Assembly: GCA_051362555.1 (NCBI GenBank)
Contig: CM120640.1
Coordinates: forward strand, 41,022,788-41,086,787
Reading direction: 5' to 3'
Source of the DNA: Lingula anatina
Lineage: Eukaryota > Animalia > Brachiopoda
Length of the DNA stretch: 64,000 nucleotides
Part shown: piece by piece, positions 59,604 to 64,000 of the stretch
Position numbering within the stretch: the first letter of the stretch is position 1
How the letters are laid out: each line of letters begins with the position of its first letter
Translations under genes and position numbers: made by a program
The notes under the pieces: model-generated
The model's input: only the letters and a program-made list of their open reading frames with translations
What the model was told of the DNA's origin: nothing
Database searches by the model: none

Positions 59604-61153
59604 TTTTCAAATTTCAAATTTCATTAAAAAATTACCTGTATCACTTCTTCGTCTGCACATTAAATGACCAACAACGGCACATTTTTCGTGGTAGCGGTGC
59701 CTAAATGTTAAAACAGGCAGTCACATAATCTTCAATAAACACTTTGACAAAATCCAGGTGAGACAAAGAACTTTGAATCAAGACTGTTAGTGTATTCAAG
59801 TTATTTTACCAACTTTACCAAAGTAGTGCAATTGTTCAAATAAAGCTGTGAAAACTTCGCCCACTGAGAAGCAAAGCTTGTGTTGTTTCTGCACATAACA
59901 TTAGCCGGATTCACACGTAAGATCGTAATGTCTGTTTCGTAACTTACTTAAATGGGAATATTAAAGGTCAAATAAATGTCCTATGATCTAAAAAAATGAA
60001 TCAAATTTGACAGATCATATAAATTCGTACATTAAAATAAAAATATCACTAAATCGAGCAATTTTATGAGAGAAATGACCCCGTACGTGTGTATTCAAGT
60101 ATATATGTTATCTTAAGACGAACCCCTTCTATATGAAAAATAGACTTAAATAGATCATGAAGAGTCGTCTCATACAGATAAGTAGAGAAACGTATAACGA
60201 GCGATCGCAAAACGAGGCAAAACCAATCAAATTTTCTTTTCCTGCGCCGCACACATTACAGTAAAATTGGTCTCGTCTTCTTTTATATATTTGCCTCATT
60301 TCGCTCGGCAAAACAAATTTTCTTTGTGCCTCCTCTTTAGCAAACCTCTGGAGTCACCAATGTTTTGTACTATTTACATAAGAGGACAATGACCGGGTAT
60401 TATCTATTCTCAGAATATACGTAACTGAGGCCTAATTATGATATATGATTAGAACCGTGTGAACGATCAGCTGACAGCGTGCATTACCGACAGAACAAGT
60501 CACGACGCTCATGGTTCAATACGGCGTGTCTTATCTTTTTAACTTCATGACTGAATATGTGCCCTGAATTGTTGCACTGTCACATCTTATAACTTGTAAA
60601 TGGGTAACAACTAAATTATAGCACATTTGTAGCTCCCAGACTAACTCAGTATAGGGGGTTTCCTTGTTGCTGACTACTATCTTGATCGTTTGATCTCACG
60701 CAGATATGGACAGATAAACATCTTAGCAAGTGACCTAATCCTGATATTAAAATCAAAGGTCACATTGGACTTAAAATAATAATTTGTATCCCTTTTTGTT
60801 CATGAATGGTAGAGTCGAAGAATATGTAGGTTTTAGATAATGATGTGTTAAGAAACTTCGGTACAGTCTTATAACAAGCCCTCTCCATCAGAAGTTAATA
60901 TCTCATAATTTAATGAAACTGAGTTAATAACTTGTGAATAATTTAAATAAGGCTGCTTCACATTGATTGAACACAAAGTGTACTATCTTGTTTAGTCCCC
61001 TAAAGCATTAAATGCACTAAATTGCAAATAAAATCAGGAGACCAACAAATTATAACCACTTACTTGCAATAACGACAGCTATAGCTTCGAAAGTATATTC
61101 TTTTGCGGCATAGGCTGCACTGTCGCGATGATGGTCTACCGTTATTCCATGGG
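58259..61153 (-). CDS. C1 (cysteine-rich) domain exons plus Ser/Pro-rich exon, probably the N-terminal part of the KSR-like gene
   Basis: Phase-consistent exons 61153-61064 (PWNNGRPSSRQCSLCRKRIYFRSYSCRYCK), 59700-59636 (HRYHEKCAVVGHLMC..), 58909-58259 (651 nt, in frame with ORF 58104-58859). Confidence 0.7.
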
Positions 61154-61538
61154 CTGAAAAACGATAAAAATCCGATTATAAACGCGAGAATTGTAAAAAT
61201 TTGCTAGTTAAAAGACAAGCATAAATGGTATAGCATTAATTCAATCCCGTTGTGGTTTTTACTTTATTTCGTAATTTTTCTACCCCTGCAAATCTCGAGA
61301 TAAAACCTGTCGCACTGCGCAAGCCACAGATAACACGAACGACGCATTGTTTATTTGTGTGCGAACAACCTATACGAAGATAAGGGAATGTTAACCCCCT
61401 GTTCTTTGTTATACTGTGGCTTAAAATCAGTCAAACAAAAAACTCCAAAAGTCAAACAACAACAGTCAAAACGAAAAATAAAAACAAATTGAAAGTATAC
61501 AATTTAGCATGTTTGTCTGGCTATTTACTATCTATATT

Positions 61539-61564
61539 GAGAGAGAGAGAGAGAGAGAGAGAGA
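61539..61564. repeat. (GA)n microsatellite
   Basis: Direct read. Confidence 0.9.
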
Positions 61565-64000
61565 ACACATTGAAAAGAATCAATATTTTCTAAAACGAGT
61601 GGTGCCCGGGAATGTACTATTGGTTATTCAATAACACTGCCGTTCCTGGATAGTAAATACGACAGCCTCAAGGCCTCTAATCAGTTTTGATTGAGAAGAA
61701 TCGATAAAAAGATCACACTGTATTTACAACGAGGCTAAATGTTGTAGTCACACGTATTCCCAAAATACAATCTAAAATCTATTCTAGGAATATATTGACT
61801 CTTATTATTGAACTTGCTTTTTTCGTAATACGCCGTGCACAGACCTCTGTCGTAGGTCTATTTTTAGTATTGTCGAGAGTAAATACAGCTGTCCCACAAA
61901 CGCTGTTTTATACTATCATTCAATATCAGTTAAAACAGGATCTTGACAATATATAAATGTTTGGAGCGTTCATGTTCTTAAAAATGTAAAATTTTCGCCG
62001 TCAATATATTTATGCAGGCCCATTTGTCCCACATTTCAAGGTTTTCTATATATATTTCAAATCTAACGCAAATGCAGCCGCCTACGCGAAGCAATGTTGG
62101 GTTGATATACCACTCAACCGCTTAAAATATTCAATATAAAATAATATACAAAGATTTAAAATGAAACTAATATTTAATGTTTGAAATGTGTTATTTCTTA
62201 TTCTAACTTTTACTTGCCTTGGATTCGTCCGCTGGACTGTGTCTGGTTCATGTATGGGATCTTCCTCCAGTTCGTTTTGCACCATGCTATCAGTTCGGTT
62301 TTCATCCATTAACTGAAACCCAGTGCAGTTGCAAGTCACGTACGTCACCCACAATAGATGACAACAAAGGACACGCTCCTGGCACGCGACTCTTTCACGG
62401 GTTACATGCGTTGAAGGAATACTCGTAAACCCTAATTCAAACAGTTACGTGAGGGCAACTGGTCGATTTAATTGAGACTTAAAATCCTCTGACGTAATGC
62501 CACGTCTAATCACTTTTGTCCATTGGTCTTCGATCTTTCAGCTATACCTTGGGTCGCGTCAAGTTTTGTAATGAACTAGGTATTTAAATACCCAACAGCC
62601 CGCATCCCCAATGCCAAGGTAATGCTACCATTTGAAATGCAAAGAAAGATTGCACTGAGGCTTGTTGACCCAGCTGGGGTAGACTGACCAATCAGGATCA
62701 GGCCGGCGTGTGCCTGGCGTGTGCCACTTCTTATTGCCAATGGCCATATGGAATTACCACCCCTCTTTGACAAGCTTGAATAGGATTATATTCACTGGAT
62801 CAGCACCTGCTCCCATATTCTTACAATAGCTGCGCACAATTTGAATGCCACTGCATTTGTGGCGATAGGGGTTCGCACGTTCTTGCATACAATTTAGCAT
62901 TGGTTGTCTGTTGCACATGCGTCGCATTTCCAAAAAGTAAACAGCGTGTTGTGGTGTCCGTTTTATTTATTATCTTATCGAGGTGCGACCATCTGCCAGA
63001 GGACTAAGGTACACATGCCCAGTGAATACAAGCAGTTAATCAAACAATTATGCGTCCTATTAAACGATCGATAATTTCGAGGGTCGCATAAAATTCTAAC
63101 CGCCTACGCGCTTTGTTTGTTGGTGATGTTTCAGTCCTTGCTTTGTTTATCACTCACTGTTTGACGGGCTTAGTTGTAAAGATATTTCATAGCAGTATAT
63201 ATGGCAACAGATCGGTAATGAATTAATGAATGTGAACCGTACCATACGTGTCATTGTGGTCAAAGAAAAATAGATGACTGTCCCTCTTCTGGTCTATTGC
63301 AGCAAATGGCTTTGGTGACAGACCAAGACAAAACACTATTGCCTATTGTAAATACCTATTGTTGATCAAACAGAGCGATAGCCAAGATTTTATATTAATT
63401 GAAAGTAGGAGGAAGTTATATCAAATTACTTTCATGCGTGGACCACAGGCACCTCATGAGTGATGTGTTCATTTCTGCAAAATAATCACCAATTATTTTC
63501 TTTTTCTTAGATATATGACATAAATGTATAATACCACTTATACGTGACCGGACCGTAGTTTTCTTCTGATTTCGATAGTATTGGTAAATAATTCATTTTT
63601 ACAAATTTATAATCAAATTCAACAATAATAAATACATGTGACATTGAAAACTTTACAGAGCCTGTTATATTGTAAATATAAAACTAAAGTTGCAAGTTAA
63701 ATTTGTGTAATTATGCGTTTATACCCTAAGTATCCATCGACATGCCAAAATACCTATATGCACATAATATCAGAAGATAGCTATATGCAGACATTTACAG
63801 TCAATGCTGTAGGTAACCCCGTCTACTTTTCATGCTGGCGTTGAGGTCAAACAAGGCTATCTGGTATGACTCCGGCAAACTGACTTTGGAAAACTCAACC
63901 ACAATGTCACCTTCTCCAGGGCTGTTTTTTTCCGGTCGTATTTTCCAGGCAATTTCAAATTAACTAACAACAGGCTGACAGCTGATTATTCTCAGGTTAG

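Noticed and set aside
60129-60311. Alternative C1-like exon (YCNVCGAGKENLIGFASFC)
   Set aside because: No convincing splice sites and incomplete Cys/His spacing.
62214-62430. Further upstream exon of the KSR-like gene
   Set aside because: A donor exists at 62213, but the long ORF frame is phase 0 while the next exon needs phase 2; not supportable without transcripts.

Overview
AT-rich, intron-containing invertebrate animal DNA, most consistent with a lophotrochozoan (inferred from COE sequence, transposon types and a KSR3-like gene). Left to right: (1) the 3' half of a single-H2-helix COE/EBF (collier) transcription factor gene on +, exons 5729-14900, with apparently frame-switching alternative C-termini; (2) a ~22-kb block (~18.2-40.2 kb) packed with short, broken coding fragments of at least a dozen unrelated transposon types, every recognisable one on the + strand, interrupted by a Helentron-type non-autonomous element with a 13 x 146-bp satellite; (3) a complete 11-exon EXD2 gene on - (558 aa) whose 3' end points into that block; (4) MRPS26 on +, head-to-head with EXD2; (5) a KSR3-like RAF-family pseudokinase on - with upstream C1-domain exons. 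The main candidate novel system is the strand-uniform transposon-fragment archive: a putative uni-strand, flamenco-like piRNA cluster, possibly transcribed antisense by read-through from EXD2. All calls are by-eye translation and motif recognition; no searches were run.
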